Source: Phoronis australis
Taxonomy: Eukaryota > Animalia > Phoronida
NCBI GenBank assembly: GCA_002633005.1
Contig: NMRA01000167.1
Coordinates: 42,183 to 94,652 of the forward strand
Length of the DNA: 52,470 nt
Direction: 5' to 3'
Below, piece after piece: positions 33,481 to 47,562 of the stretch (its first letter is position 1; every line of letters begins with the position of its first letter). A program made the translations under genes and the position numbers. The notes under the pieces are model-generated. The model searched no databases. It worked only from the letters and a program-made list of their open reading frames with translations, and was not told the DNA's origin.

Positions 33481-36400
33481 GAGGCTCTTTTTAATTTTCT
33501 TCATATAGCCTTCTTACGTCAGTGCTTCTCATAACACTACGAACTGCAGTTAATGCAGGTTTGTAAAAGGTAAAAAAAATCTTTCGGACGAGGTGAAGTA
33601 CAGACACCGAGATAACCGTCCCCTCTACTTCTCTTGCTCTGGTCACACTGGGTAGATCCAGAATATCTCAAGGGAGGCAACCAGAATTTCCTAAAAATGG
33701 CATGCCGGCGGCTTTTTATTAAGCTCGGGAAATAGGGAGAGACGTCTGAGCTCCTTGAATCCGCCTATGTATAACGTAATGAATGTAGCCAAATGACGAC
33801 GTATGGATGTCACAAGGTATTGTTTAATTTGCGCGTCGCATGGTTATCGCCTATGGGACACTTCCATTTGTTTCCTTTGTTGCGTCATTTTCAATATAAC
33901 AATACAGGGTATCTCACCTTGGGCGCACCCCATTACCGATATATTTTTGCCATTATCTTCATTATAAGAAAAGTAAAACAAAGTGAACAATGGACAAGCC
34001 TATCTACCGATATCTATGCGACGAGGTTGATGCTATTGCAGATATCAATTCTTAAAACTCGTATTAAACCGTCCTCCGTCAAAAATGGCAAATTATTTTG
34101 GCTAATGCTGCTCATCGTTATGAAATCAGTCTTAGCTTACTTACCTTTGTCACGTGATTTGTGAGCATAGAAAGAACTGGCAATATTGACTTAGCCTAGA
34201 TTAAATTCATACTCAACAAGTTGGCGATTTTATGCACAGAGCTTCAAACATTAACAAACTTTTATCTCTTTCCAACCTCAAAAACATCTCAGTAAGGAAA
34301 ATATTGAATCTAAATTTTTCCCATGGAAGCTTGCTTGTTTTCTGGTTTCACGTGACTGGTCAACCGTCACCGACGCCGGGTCCGCGCTTGCAGAGTGTCT
34401 GAGCCGCTTGCGGAGTATCTGAGCTTGTCTTAGTTGAAAATCTTTGCAGAAGCGTCCGAGAGTTTCCAAGATTCCTGATAAGAACAGACGGCGTATAGTA
34501 TGTAGCATGACGCAGTCTTGTTTTCCTTGTATGTTCTGTGTAGTATTGAATAAATATATATCACTTACGTAGTGTTGCCTGTCCTCGTAACTCATCTCAG
34601 AAGTAGCAGTAGGTGGTCCTTACAATGAATGACATCCGTTCCAGCACAGAACCCCTACGGTTCCTGGATGGAATCCAAATAGTGATTTGTATTCTGAGTT
34701 GGTGTTTCGTAATTCTGAGTTTCGATCCGGCTCAGCACTGGGATAGCTGTGAACGGGCTTAGCTCATTATTACATCAGGTGACACAGGCGGATGAACGAT
34801 TTTGTTGGCGGGGGTGGTCGTTTTGGTTTGCTGAAGGCGTGCTTTGGTGGTGACCCTTGAGGGGGTTTAAACCCTCCGAGGCTCTTTAGCCACACCGATT
34901 TTGAATGTTATTTGATTGTTTGTCAGCATTATTGTAAAGCGTTGAGTTGTTTAGAAATAACGTAACGACAGTTCTCCACTATTTGGCACAAAAATAATTG
35001 CCAAATGGTAATTTTCAATGGCTGATTACCTTTTTGCAACTTATGCAAATGTTGTTTAAGGACATCTGCATACAACAAACCGTGTTTGTTGTAGACTAAC
35101 ATGTGCTCATATACATGTACTTTTGTGGGTAATTAGGTCGCAAACTGGTCGCATAGAGATCGATAGATTGGTGCATCCATTGCTCACTTGTTATAATAAA
35201 GATAATGAAAAGCATTTAAAGGTAACCGACTGATGTGCGCCCAAGGTACGATATCCATGCGAACTGTATTATTATATAAAACAAAGACGCAACAAAGAAA
35301 AACAACGGTAGCGTCCCATAGGTGATAATCGTGCCCGAGGCATGGTTGCAGCAAGTTAAAAAATGCCGTGCGAGCTCCATACGACGCCATTTGGCATGGG
35401 TTAATTTAATAAAAAGAATTTCACTGGTCGACCATATCATGTCCTAAATGCGTGTTAGTGAAGAATTAACCCACAACATTACAACCTCAAGGAAGTGTTG
35501 GGCGGAAAGCCACGTTTTTGTGGTGCATTCTCATAATTCCTCTAGGCAACAGTGTTATTCAGCTGCACTTGGTTAACATTGGCGCCCCATCACCTAGGCA
35601 AGACACCGCCTGTGGACGCCGAAGGCGTACAAGCGTGCAATAGAAATGATCACTCATCGATTAATTGATTGATAAAATGAAGTATACTAAACAATGTTTA
35701 TGGAAACCGTTACCATTGAATAATAGATTGGATATAAATAGACTTTTAAAACGGCAATTGTTTCCTTTATAGTTTTGTCTTAAATATGCAAATTATGGAT
35801 AACCGTACCACAAAAATTGTAACCATGGCCTTCAGGAAAACGTGACTGACAATGGACGAATTTTAACATGGGGTCACATGAACTGCACTAATGACATGAA
35901 TGAAATTTAACTTAATTGTAAAGGTCAAGGACCCGAGAACAACAAAAAAGGGACAAAAATTTTATTCACAGGTAAGTCTGAACAGTTTTAGCTTCCTGGT
36001 TTTCTACATATTTACAATCAAAATTATCGCCAGCTCACGGCAATAAATATCGATGGTTCAATTACCCACGAGTATTGTCAACGCTGCCCCATAGGACAAT
36101 GATGGATCAATTGTTCATCATCCTGACAAATTCAAGTGGCTGCTTTAAACAAATCCATAGACACCTGCCGAATTTTGATAGCAACAAGTAAGTTATGGAT
36201 ATCTCAAACCTTATTCACAAAAATTGACCATTTTTACAATAGTTTACATATGTCTAGCAAAACACATAATCTTCATTCTTGGGGAACTTCAAATAATAAA
36301 TATATGCCATGTAGCGAGAAATAAGATTTAGCAGAACCACCTTCCAACCGCACAACGGCCTGAAAATATTGTTTACTACTTATCCGAGGTCAAAGGTTAA

Positions 36401-37743
36401 AGGGCTGTCACTCAAATCGAATCTCCCGCCAGGTACACAGCAGCTTCGTATGTACCCTCAGTCCTTTCATTCAAAGATAGAACGGTGGCGGGAAAAACAC
36501 AGACAAAACGCAGTTTCGATTCTGAGGGAGTTGTTTCGCCTCGCACCTCAATGCCTGTGTGGTCCCGAACACAGCAAGTTGTGAAAAGACATAAATCCTC
36601 ACCCAAATTCCTTAATTCGATAGGTAATTTGACTTTTCGTTATTTCGATATCATGCTAAAGACGTGCATTAACCACCGATTCGATTTCTGTTTTGCATTT
36701 CTTATTTGGTTTCTTATCGGTCTCCCGGGGCGTGGTCTATAACAATGAACTGTTCACCTACTTTTAAATAGGTCAACAATTGATCCCACTTCTCAGTTTT
36801 GGACGGTAAAAACAATTAACGTTTTAACGATAATTAAGTTGATTACGCACTGCAAATTCAGTTGATATTGGGACTGAATGTTGAAATGGCTAACATTGTT
36901 AAGTTATGTATAGGTTATATTGACCGAAAACAAGTTTTCACCGAATAATTAACCGAAAACTTTGAGGTTTTCAGTCATCCCAGTATAACCGGCTTTTTCT
37001 CAGCTTCGGCAAATCGACTTAATTTAAAGTTAGGAACACAAGTTCTTAAAAACGGCTCGGTGGATTTCGCTGAAACTTAATATTTATTCATTAACCTCAA
37101 AAACGCTATTAGGACTTACGATATTAAGGCCTAGATTTTACGTAATGTAACAAAGACGAATACGAATACGAATGACTGATAGTTTTTATAAAAATACCCT
37201 ACGTTTTACAAGTTGATTTGTCATAGAAACCAAACGAAAAGACTAATAAAAATTCCTAAAAGCGTTTTGAGGTAACTGGTGAAGTTTTCATTTAACAAGG
37301 GTTTCGTTAAAATCTGCCGAGGGGTTATTTTGCTATGAACATACCTTTCTTAAAATGAAAATTTTGACGATGAAAATTTGAATTAAAAAAGGTTTTCATG
37401 TAACAATAATGATAAAAAATATAAAGTATATTTTAATATTTCCTGATCTTTCATCTTTCAGAAAATATATAATTTTACTAGTTGACAAAGGTTATTTTTT
37501 ACGCACGAGTTAGAAAGGAGGTCAATAAATAAGACTTTGTGATAATTTAAACTAAATGGCTTGGCTCTAAATTCCGTTTGATCCAAGTTCAAGATAAAAG
37601 CGGCATATTGCGTTTTTTCAAAAAAAATTCAGTAATTACTTTAAACACCTTTTCTCTATAGCCCTACGTTACGCCATGCTTGAAAACCATTATTTTGGAA
37701 CATATCAATTTAGGAATAGGCTGCGCATATTTCTTTATTTTTT

Positions 37744-40301
37744 CAATAAGACGAGTTAGAGTTTCGTGAAATGGCAATATCATGAGTTGAATGGAGTTCA
37801 TATATAACTTCAATGTGAAATTCAACGCATCCGTTTAAATTTGGGATTACAGTTTGATTTGAGTGCTGCGGCGGTCTTGAAACCTGCAAATCCAACCTTT
37901 TCTTCACTTCAGACATAACAATTGAAATTTGTCTCAGCTTGGTTGGTATTCAAATAAGAGGTCATTTCTTAACTTGAAAAGAATTCACAGTTCATTATTG
38001 TTGTAACCTAGTGCAAAGTTCCAGAACGCCAGGACCTCACTAGGACCTCGCCAGAAAAGCAGAACAGCTGCGAACTCTACCGTAGCTCTATAAACTGGCT
38101 GGTCTCAACGTTTTATTTTATTCGCCGGGCACAACACTTAAGCAGCGCACTCAGTTCTTTCTGGTCTCAGCAATAGCAGAAAACTCTTCACATCTGAGCA
38201 AGGAATAAGCTAGTTTCATTGCGGTGAGTGGTCTTAACCAAAATCTCGTTTATTGACCAAACAGAGGGTCTTAATCTAGCCATATACAGAAGTTTAAAAA
38301 CGTGCTGATCTTCACTGACACTGACGACTCAGTGACACAACGCATTCACTGTGCCGCCACAAGTCATTTACTGACATTCGCAATGGTGAAAAAGTTCCTG
38401 AATTAATTAACGTGATAGATAACTACGTGGTCAGAAATGGAAAGTAACTAAGTCTTTCGATGTTTTGTAAAAATTGTATGAAACGCGAAAGCTCGTCAAA
38501 ATATCTTTTGAACAATTCTTGACGAAAGTACCATCCGGCAACGTCTAATACAGAGTAATTCACTTTCCCCCTGTGAGGAAATTTCAGGAAAAAAATCACA
38601 AAATTCATGATTTTTGAAATACGCGAGAAGGAAAAACTGTGTGGTTACCACAGAGTTTCTAATCTCCCTCCCTAATCTCCCTGAGAACCCAAAAAATTTG
38701 ATGTCGGTTGGTGATTTAACATCCCTCAGTGACCTAGTTAGGGAGTTGGGTGTCGTTCCACCCGGAGGGCCTCGACAACAGGGAAGAGTGAGGCATGAAC
38801 GTGAGGTACGAAGCAGTTGATCACTGGAAGGCCGGGAAGGGAACGGACTCAAATTAAGGCGGCAGGGAAGGGGGTCGACACAAAAATGTTGAGGACTAGA
38901 GAAACTGTTATCCATTCAGAGAGTGGCAATTCTAAATAGGCCACTGGCTTTGTTTATGCTTCATGTTCTAAAAGACGCAGTTTTTCGTTTTACCGGCCGG
39001 AGTTTAAATACCCATTCTTTCNCAATAAGACGAGTTAGAGTTTCGTGAAATGGCAATATCATGAGTTGAATGGAGTTCATATATAACTTCCATGTGAAAT
39101 TCAACGCATCCGTTTAAATTTGGGATTACAGTTTGATTTGAGTGCTGCGGCGGTCTTGAAACCTGCAAATCCAACCTTTGCTTCACTTCAGACATAACAA
39201 TTGAAATTTGTTTCAGCTTGGTTGGTATTCAAATAAGAGGTCATTTCTTAACTTGAAAAGAATTCACAGTTCATTATTGTTGTAACCTAGTGCAAAGTTC
39301 CAGAACGCCAGGACCTCACTAGGACCTCGCCAGAAAAGCAGAACAGCTGCCGAACTCTACCGTAGCTCTATAAACTGGCTGGTCTCAACGTTTTATTTTA
39401 TTCGCCGGGCACAACACTTAAGCAGCGCACTCAGTTCTTTCTGGTCTCAGCAATAGCAGAAAACACTTCTCATCTGAGCAAGGAATAAGCTAGTTTCATT
39501 GCGGTGAGTGGTCTTAACCAAAATCTCGTTTATTGACCAAACAGAGGGTTTTAATCTAGCCATATACAGAAGCTTAAAAACGTGCTGATCTTCACTGACA
39601 TTGACGACTCAGTGACACAACGCATTCACTGTGCCGCCACAAGTCATTTACTGACATTCGCAATGGTGAAAAAGTTCCTGAATTAATTAACGTGATAGAT
39701 AACTACGTGGTCAGAAATGGAAAGTAACTAAGTCTTTCGATGTTTTGTAAAAATGGTATGAAACGCGAAAGCTCGTCAAAATATCTTTTGAACAATTTTT
39801 GACGAAAGTACCATCCGGCAACGTCTAATACAGAGTAATTCACTTTCCCCCTGTGAGGAAATTTCAGGAAAAAAATCACAAAATTCATGATTTTTGAAAT
39901 ACGCGAGAAGGAAAAACTGTGTGGTTACCACAGAGTTTCTAATCTCCCTCCCTAATCTCCCTGAGAACCCAAAAAATTTGATGTCGGTTGGTGATTTAAC
40001 ATCCCTCAGTGACCTAGTTAGGGAGTTGGGTGTCGTTCCACCCGGAGGGCCTCGACAACAGGGAAGAGTGAGGCATGAACGTGAGGTACGAAGCAGTTGA
40101 TCACTGGAAGGCCGGGAAGGGAACGGACTCAAATTAAGGCGGCAGGGAAGGGGGTCGACACAAAAATGTTGAGGACTAGAGAAACTGTTATCCATTCAGA
40201 GAGTGGCAATTCTAAATAGGCCACTGGCTTTGTTTATGCTTCATGTTCTAAAAGACGCAGTTTTTCGTTTTACCGGCCGGAGTTTAAATACCCATTCTTT
40301 C
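37744..40301. repeat. ~1278-bp near-identical tandem duplication (37744-39021 / 39023-40301) around a single N; probable allelic-overlap assembly artefact
   Basis: The copies abut N at 39022, with about 11 differences by eye. The ORF track shows duplicated entries here. Confidence 0.9.
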
Positions 40302-43300
40302 AAAACTGATGTCAAAACAGCCTGAAAAGGTGATTTTGATAAACTATATGACGAAAACTAATCTATTTTTGTTTAAATATGAGACAAGATATGTTCTTGT
40401 TGAAAACGCAACAGACGAGAAGAGGAAACAACAAGTACTGCAACAGATTCAGTCGATAATTTGGAGCGTCATTTTCTCTTAAGACGTCGCTTTGATGCAG
40501 AGCGACATCGTGTGAGAAATGGTCTGGAGCGAGTGATCCTGTCCCACATTCATAACTTTCAAATTTCTTTATTATTTTCTCCAATTATGAGAGCACAAAA
40601 AATTTCATTGGAAACATCACTGACTATATAGTAGTCCTCCGTATGTGTTTGCATTTTTGCTAGTAATTTATGAAAGTGAAGTTAGTGTTGTACAGCTGTG
40701 GCGGCCATTTTGTTTGTGCACCACCAAAAACAATTATTTCAAATTTCCGTATGCAATTCTGGTTATTTTGAGAGCATTTTATAACATATTGAACGAACAT
40801 CATTTGAGAAGAAGTTTAAGGTAACTGTGAATCTTGTTTACCAGGTTGTAATATGTGTGAATATTTAAATTCTATTAGCTCTAACCCCTACAAAGTGTAT
40901 ATTTTCTGAAAGGTGAATAAATTTCCTAACAAATTGTATTATTCTTATTTATTTGTTTTTATTTTTCACGAGATATTTTTTGACTTTGAACAGAGGTTTT
41001 AAAAAAATAGTTTTTTCAATCATATTGGTCTTTCACCAACATTTGATAACGGCATTTTCGAGGGAACCGTGTCTCCTCGCGGTGACGCAATGTGGCACGA
41101 AAAGACAGTTTCACCGATCATTTGGCGGGCCTATATTTGTGTGATTATCTCGCGTTTTCATGTTTTGCTAAGGCTTGGGTAGGACTACCTAGTTAGCCCA
41201 ATACATCTGAAATAACAAAATTCCGTTGAAGTTAGGCTTTAAACAAGACAATGGCTTGCTGTTTAACTCCTTTTGATGGAGTTTCAGTGAAAAGAAAAGG
41301 GAAGACCCAGTATCATTAAGGACAACGCTTGACTGCATACTTCAGATGCTACATAAGCGAAATGGCCTCTGCACGTGAATGTAAGACTATCAAACTTTTT
41401 ATTTCAATACGTAAATTAATTTGTCTTTTTCATTAAAGAGAGTGGTATCTCGGACTGAGATTACGTCTGCTAGTCTTCTACCTTGGGCGACGCTCGTGCC
41501 GGCGATCTTCCCAATGCCCAGCATGAGGTGAACGCTATATGCGCACGTGAGAACTGCAGTATCAGGACTTTTTGCCTTTCCTACTGAAATAGTTGACGGC
41601 CACCTAGAAAGCGTGCTACCACGTCTTGAGGAAATTTGTAAACGCGACTTGCAAAAAACAACTTGAGCCTTTCTGTCATATGGAAGCTTATTAGCTTCCT
41701 AAGGGATAACTTTCATCATGCGTTAATAATAAGCTATTATTGCAGTGCGCATGCATTAAATTTAGCATCAATATTGGCTTTTAACCTGATTTCACATTCT
41801 TACAAACTTCCTGTTCCCCTATTCAGTGAATGGACTGTTAATTGCAAAATTAATTGAAGGTTACATGAATAGTTAATGTTGAAAACTTCATGTAGCAATT
41901 AACTTAGTTGTTTAAACTTACACACTGTACTAAATAATTAAATCGACCAACGGAATTAAATCAAACTGACGCTCCGGCAACTGACATAATAATTCTTTTA
42001 TACCTGTACCGTGATATTGAAGGCACGACTGCCTCTGGTGTGCGTGAACCCGTGGTGTAGATTTTCCTATTTTAGTCTCTTTGCTTTTATTGATCACTTA
42101 ATTTAACTATTTGAATATTATACGACGCCATGTGAAGTTACTATGACAAGAAATTGATAACACGCAAATAAGTGGGATCGACGGTGACTGAGAAAAGGGA
42201 AGTAATTAGTTTTACGATGTTAGTATTCTCCATATATAATGAATGTAAAGCACATTCATTGAGTTACCGAGTGTCGTGACGTTTCGTCCAAACACGTGGG
42301 TTCATAGCCACTTATAAATAATAAAGGAACGTAGGCCAAGACAACAATTGAACATGTCATTCTTAGAAGCTGGGCGCAGATCCGGGATCATGACCAGAGC
42401 GGCCTGGCCGGGAATGAAGATAGGAGGCCTAGCATGAGGGGTTTGGTCCGGGTTCCTGGAATCTTCAGGGTCCACACTTCTGTTCTCATGGAAAACTCAC
42501 TGCGGTATCTGCGGTTGGGTATTTATAACTAATGTCTACCTCATTGACGGTTCTTTAGCTAGAAGTAATCTACATCTTAGATGACATCTACCCCTATACT
42601 AGGTGTAGGCTTCACTGTAGAATTCTTGTGGAAATGGAATTCTTCAACAGAAGTTTTTACGAAAATACACTCTATGTCTTCGATTTGGGACACCGAACAT
42701 GCCACAAATGTGCAAGGTTTCACCATTTTGATATAAAAATTGATTCCCATCTATTGATCTACTTTTCAAGTTTATGGATAAGAAATAGTTTACAAGAACA
42801 CAAATATTTTTCAAATTTTTATTGTACGGAATTACGTATATTTCATTGCAGTTTTTCACAGTTTCCCGCATCCAACACCCGCAGGTTCACAACCCACAAA
42901 CAAGAATCAGCATTTGTTTACAGAATCGCTATCTGCAGCTAAGCACGCAAACGACTTTTCAATCGGTTCTAGTTTCCTTCTGCTAAACGTTTTGGTATAA
43001 CAAAAACAAACGCAATTTCCTTGCCTTTGAGAAAAAAGTAACCAAAGAGCCGACATATTCCTTAAGGAACTAGTGAAGCAATACCAAGTCTCAACCTTGC
43101 AAATTAAGAATCATAAAATTAATGTTGCGTTTAAAGTTATTTCCCTTGTTTGTGAGCATGTGATCAGGACGAATAAAAACAACTTCAAATTGTAGAATTT
43201 AAAACTTGTAAAATGATTTTGTACACAGAAGGCGAGGTAATCCGATGCTTTTCATCAGTTCACGTCTCCAATCATTTCCATCTCTGAAAACAAAGCTTGT

Positions 43301-45050
43301 GACCGAGACAACTTATGTCGTCGGGACATATGTCGAAAACAAACGATGCCAAAAATCACTAACCTGTGTTCAGTCGGAACTGTGAGAGTTTTGGAAAATA
43401 ACACAAGCTGTACCAGGAATATTGGAAAATAACATTAACTGTACTCGTGATGTTTGGGGGAAGGCGACAGTTGTACTCTATGATTAACGGCCACCATGTA
43501 GAGTGTATTATTAGATATTGGGGTCCCACATTTTGAGAACCAGTTTTCTCTTCTGAATAACGGGCGTCAAGTGGTTCTAATACATGAGAATAGTATTAGA
43601 TAATAGATCATAAACAATTAATAGGACATGTACTGTGGTCTATAATTAGACGTACTGGACACGTTGGGTAATTATTAATTAAAATTAAAGTTATACTCGA
43701 CATGAAGGGAAATAACGACAACCAGAGGCCAGAGCTACCGAAGGTGCTGACCACTATAACGAGTACACGAACAATGTACACGGACAACGTACACGCAGAC
43801 AATGTAACACGGCCTCTAATTCGCTATATGCGTAATACATCGCTTTCGAGTACATGGAATATGCAGCCGGAACACTTAGAAAACGCTCGCCTGGTCGCTT
43901 CCGATTTTTGTAGAATGGCAAAACTAGCCGAATGCACATGTATGTTCATTCGTGACGTCTCCGCTCATGAATAAGCAATGATGAAACGTTTACTATCTAA
44001 AGAAGTAACACAGCACAAAGCAGGCATGACCGAAAAGTACCGCTCTCGGTCTACTCAGTGAGCTAGATTGGTCTACAGCATTCTAGTAATTCGACAAAGA
44101 ACCAATGGAGTGTAAGAGGACTTAGAGTCACCCTGGATAGGGTTGGCCAGCCTCCATGTATTTGAATAGAGCATCTGGAACATTGCACATTGTACTTTGT
44201 AACTTGTTTATTTTGTTTTAATATTTATTTAAACTTGTTAATTGTCAGTGATAAAAGCCCTCGACGGGCTACGGTTCCCCTGTTTCTCAAACTGGAAATA
44301 ATTAAAATATTCATCTATCTACACTGAACCTGGCATACTCTTTCTCTACCTAGCTTAGTAACTACTTGGGTTTTCCGTTATTAACAGACTGAAAGTGTTG
44401 TTTAGGTAAAAGGACATTACCGACGAGTAAAGTGGCTTTCTATGATCGGCCTAAGCGCGCAATCCACCTGGAAACCACCACGGTCGCGGTCTAACGCTTT
44501 GCTCAGTGGCGGATCTATAAACGCTACACCACCTCTTTAAGTGGCAGTAGTTTAAAGCTATTCACTGATGAAGTAGCTGGCCTTGTTTAAAGTAATGTCT
44601 GGCAGGCAACGGCGAGAATTGGCGATTTGCCAGGGATGTACTAATAAAATCACAAAAACACAGCAATTTTTGTTGTCACAACTCCCTAGTTAAAGCTAAC
44701 AACAAAGAACTCTACCCATACAACGATAATCTCAAAAGTACGTTTTTTTTTCGGAGGTAAAACCGATCATGTCCCTTCACGTTTTTAAAATGTCGCTTGG
44801 CGTGGTCCTGACCCGCACTCACAGCAGGACTCTACCTCCGTAACCACAGAGGGCACCTAGAAATTTGAGACGACCACGCGTAGGCCTACCCGACCCGGGT
44901 GCCGGATAAAAGCCACCTAAGCGGCAGGAAAGGCAAGATATCGTGATTGATCAATTAAACGGACGAGATTACGGCGACTGCCACGATTACGCTTTCATTT
45001 TTGAAAGCGCAACTTTTCCTTGCATTTCAAACTTCCTACCACACCCTTTC

Positions 45051-45210
45051 CAGGGGCGGATCCAGGATTTTTATTTAGGGGGGCCAGGGCAGAGAATTAG
45101 CCAGAATTTTGCCCGTCAGACGGCGCACCCCGAACTGCCAAATGGAATCTGGGAGAGTTTTAGGGGGGGGGAAGGCCATGGCCCCCTTGGCCCCTCTAAA
45201 TCCTCCACTG
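45051..45210 (+). mobile_element. MITE, same family, short variant
   Basis: caggggcggatccagg...taaatcctccactg. Flanks ctttc/cgttc. Confidence 0.85.
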
Positions 45211-45899
45211 CGTTCATATTGTTCTTCCGGCCGTCCTCTCGAAAACTCAAACTGCGACCAAAAGCGCAACTCTTTCTTTCCATTACTCATTCGACGCCAT
45301 AACTCCGGCTAGCGTGGCAATGCCATTTGCGCCCAGAGTGTCAAAAGTCCAATGCCGACTTCAAGAGATACACAACTAAACTATTTATTGTTGGGATGAG
45401 CTTTCAACAGGAAACCGCAGTTTTTTTATTTAATGAAGTACGTGACATATGAGCCTCGGCTGCCTAAGCGCTCTCACGTCACCTCTCACGTCAGACCACT
45501 GTCAGTTGCGGTCTATGAACGCTTTCAGTCTTGGATCTGCATGCAGTCGTAGTTAGAAGTGAATCTCTGTAAGATGGTTTTTAAAGAGGCCTGGAATGCA
45601 ATAAACGAACTAAATTGCAATCTTGAAAGTGGTTCTCTGCCACTGAAACAGAATTCCAGCTACTCAAGATTTTTAATTTTTGTCGATATCGAAGCATTTT
45701 TCCTCTGTCAACTGCTCACCGCTTCGTCGATTTTTCTTCCACATGGCAAAGCAAGTCTCCTTATTTGGTATTGGCAAGACATAGACGTAGCACATTTCCC
45801 TTATATGGAAAATGTGACCTTTGACCTCAAGCGACTTCCAGCAACTGACTGTGAATGCATGGACGCATTTATTGCAAGTAGGAAGAGGTTTATGGAACT

Positions 45900-46090
45900 G
45901 TGGTAACTACAGTTTTTCCTTCGGGCGTAGTTCAAAAATCGAGAATTTATTGTTTTTTTTTTCTGGAAAAATTTCTTCACAGAGGAAGTGAAATACTTTG
46001 TACTAGACTTTGCGAGATGGTACTTACGTCAGGAATTGTTTAAAATATATTTTTGACGAGCTTTCGCGTTCTATGCCTCTCTAAAATTAC
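45900..46090 (-). repeat. Diverged inverted copy of the interspersed repeat at 38466-38652 (and 39746-39932)
   Basis: gtggtaactacagtttttccttc...ttttgacgagctttcgcgtt is the reverse complement of aacgcgaaagctcgtcaaaa...gaaggaaaaactgtgtggttaccac. Confidence 0.75.
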
Positions 46091-47184
46091 AAACAAGAAA
46101 AACTAGATGCCAAGAAATATTTCTAAAAATATTTAAAGATCTGGAACACGATGGAAAAATGTATTAGTCGTTAAAAACAATTAACTTTGTTTTATTTCAT
46201 GACCAATCTTAAAAGGATACCAAACCCGGTTTTGACCTATTAACAGACAGTAAAAATTACTTTCCCATCCAGTTCTCTGAACGAAAATAATTCTCTATAA
46301 CCCTCGGCACCCTCAAAAGTTTGGATGGAAAATAAGTCCTTTTCAAAATCTGCTAAACGAGCAAGCATGACCAACGCTTTTATTGAATTGCAAAGCAACT
46401 GTGGGAAAAGACCACCATGATGTCTGGCAATCTGTGACATGTCAAGTATGAATTTTCAGTTTATTCCTCAAAACTTGGAAGATTGACGCCAATGTTACAT
46501 CAGCAGGTTACAGAACGAGGATTGGTTCAAATCATCAAAACAGGGTTTATTTTAGATTAATTTGGATAAAAAAAATTATTTGGCGAAATGTAATCTCCGC
46601 AAACTCTGTTGCTTTATCATATTTTTTTGCTGCACTTCTAATCCGATATGGGTGAAATTTACAAAAAAAGTTTGTATTATGAATACCGGTCGCTTGTTTT
46701 TGGTTGTAATCGGCAGCAAAATGGCGCTGTGGTGGCATTTTTTCATTATTGGTTTGTAGAGCCACACGGCTCCGCTGTCTCTGGAGGGATTAGTTTTTGA
46801 TTTTTTTCTTTGGATAGATCATAGGCTACCGTCAATGTGCCATTTGTATTTACCAAAGACCGTTCTCGAGCTATTCGAGATTTTCTGATTACCGCTCTTC
46901 TATTAATTGAGTTTTTGTGGTGTTTGTTCGTCGACCTTCTTGACGGGTTTCTCTGAAATAAAATTTGGTATGTGGATAAATCTTTTCAAGTGCTATCAGC
47001 ATTGTGAAACCCGGCGCTACCACTTACAGTTCTCGAGATGTTCGAGAATTGATTTCGCCAAGTGTCGCTCCTCAGAGCGCTTTCATATGCAGTAATAATA
47101 TTCATCCAGTCCATGGAATGTTTATGTGATAATTTCGGAGTAATGCTGAGGGTTTTACGTGGACTGCTGGAGCGGTGGTGACTA

Positions 47185-47562
47185 GCCGTCGGGTACCGGA
47201 CGGTCACTGAGTTCCTTAGAGCTCGAAGCTTGGCATCCGGTACCGGACGTCTGTTGCAAGCTACAGATCTAGACTAATTGTCCGGTACCAGACTTGCATC
47301 TTACGTTGCCGGACGGGTAGTGCATCCGGCGCTCATGACTAGCTACCGAGCTAGGCCGAGTACCGGTTACGAGCTTGACTGGCCGCCTGGTACCGGAATT
47401 TAGCTTCTGTTGCTAGTTCTTCGGCACCACGGATGGACAGGAATCCGGTACCGGCCGTCTAGCACACGTTACGTTTTTCAGTGACTACGACGTCCGAGCA
47501 CTGCCTATGTGGTCTTAGCTAAGCATCTGATCTCTTCTTCCCGTCTTGTAAACCTACCGGAC
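47185..47562. repeat. GC-rich island with recurrent palindromic (T)CCGGTACCGG(A) motifs
   Basis: Full or partial copies near 47191, 47236, 47281, 47360, 47387, 47444 and 47554. Confidence 0.7.

Noticed and set aside
38423-40195. Pairs of near-identical ORFs suggesting a tandem gene duplication
   Set aside because: They lie in the N-flanked duplicated segment, partly overlap an interspersed repeat and show no protein-like features.
16467-41242. Scattered TTAAAG(G)... and ...CTTTAA ends suggestive of TTAA-specific (Kolobok/piggyBac-like) elements
   Set aside because: I could not pair the ends into convincing TIRs by eye, so boundaries are unsupported.
42274-42312. Second hammerhead-like/PLE motif on the minus strand (ctatgaacccacgtgtttggacgaaacgtc)
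   Set aside because: The CUGANGA box and stem II are broken. At most a fossil.
47185-47562. CRISPR-like appearance (palindromic repeats with spacers)
   Set aside because: Repeats are only ~10 bp, degenerate and irregularly spaced, the context is eukaryotic, and no cas genes are present.
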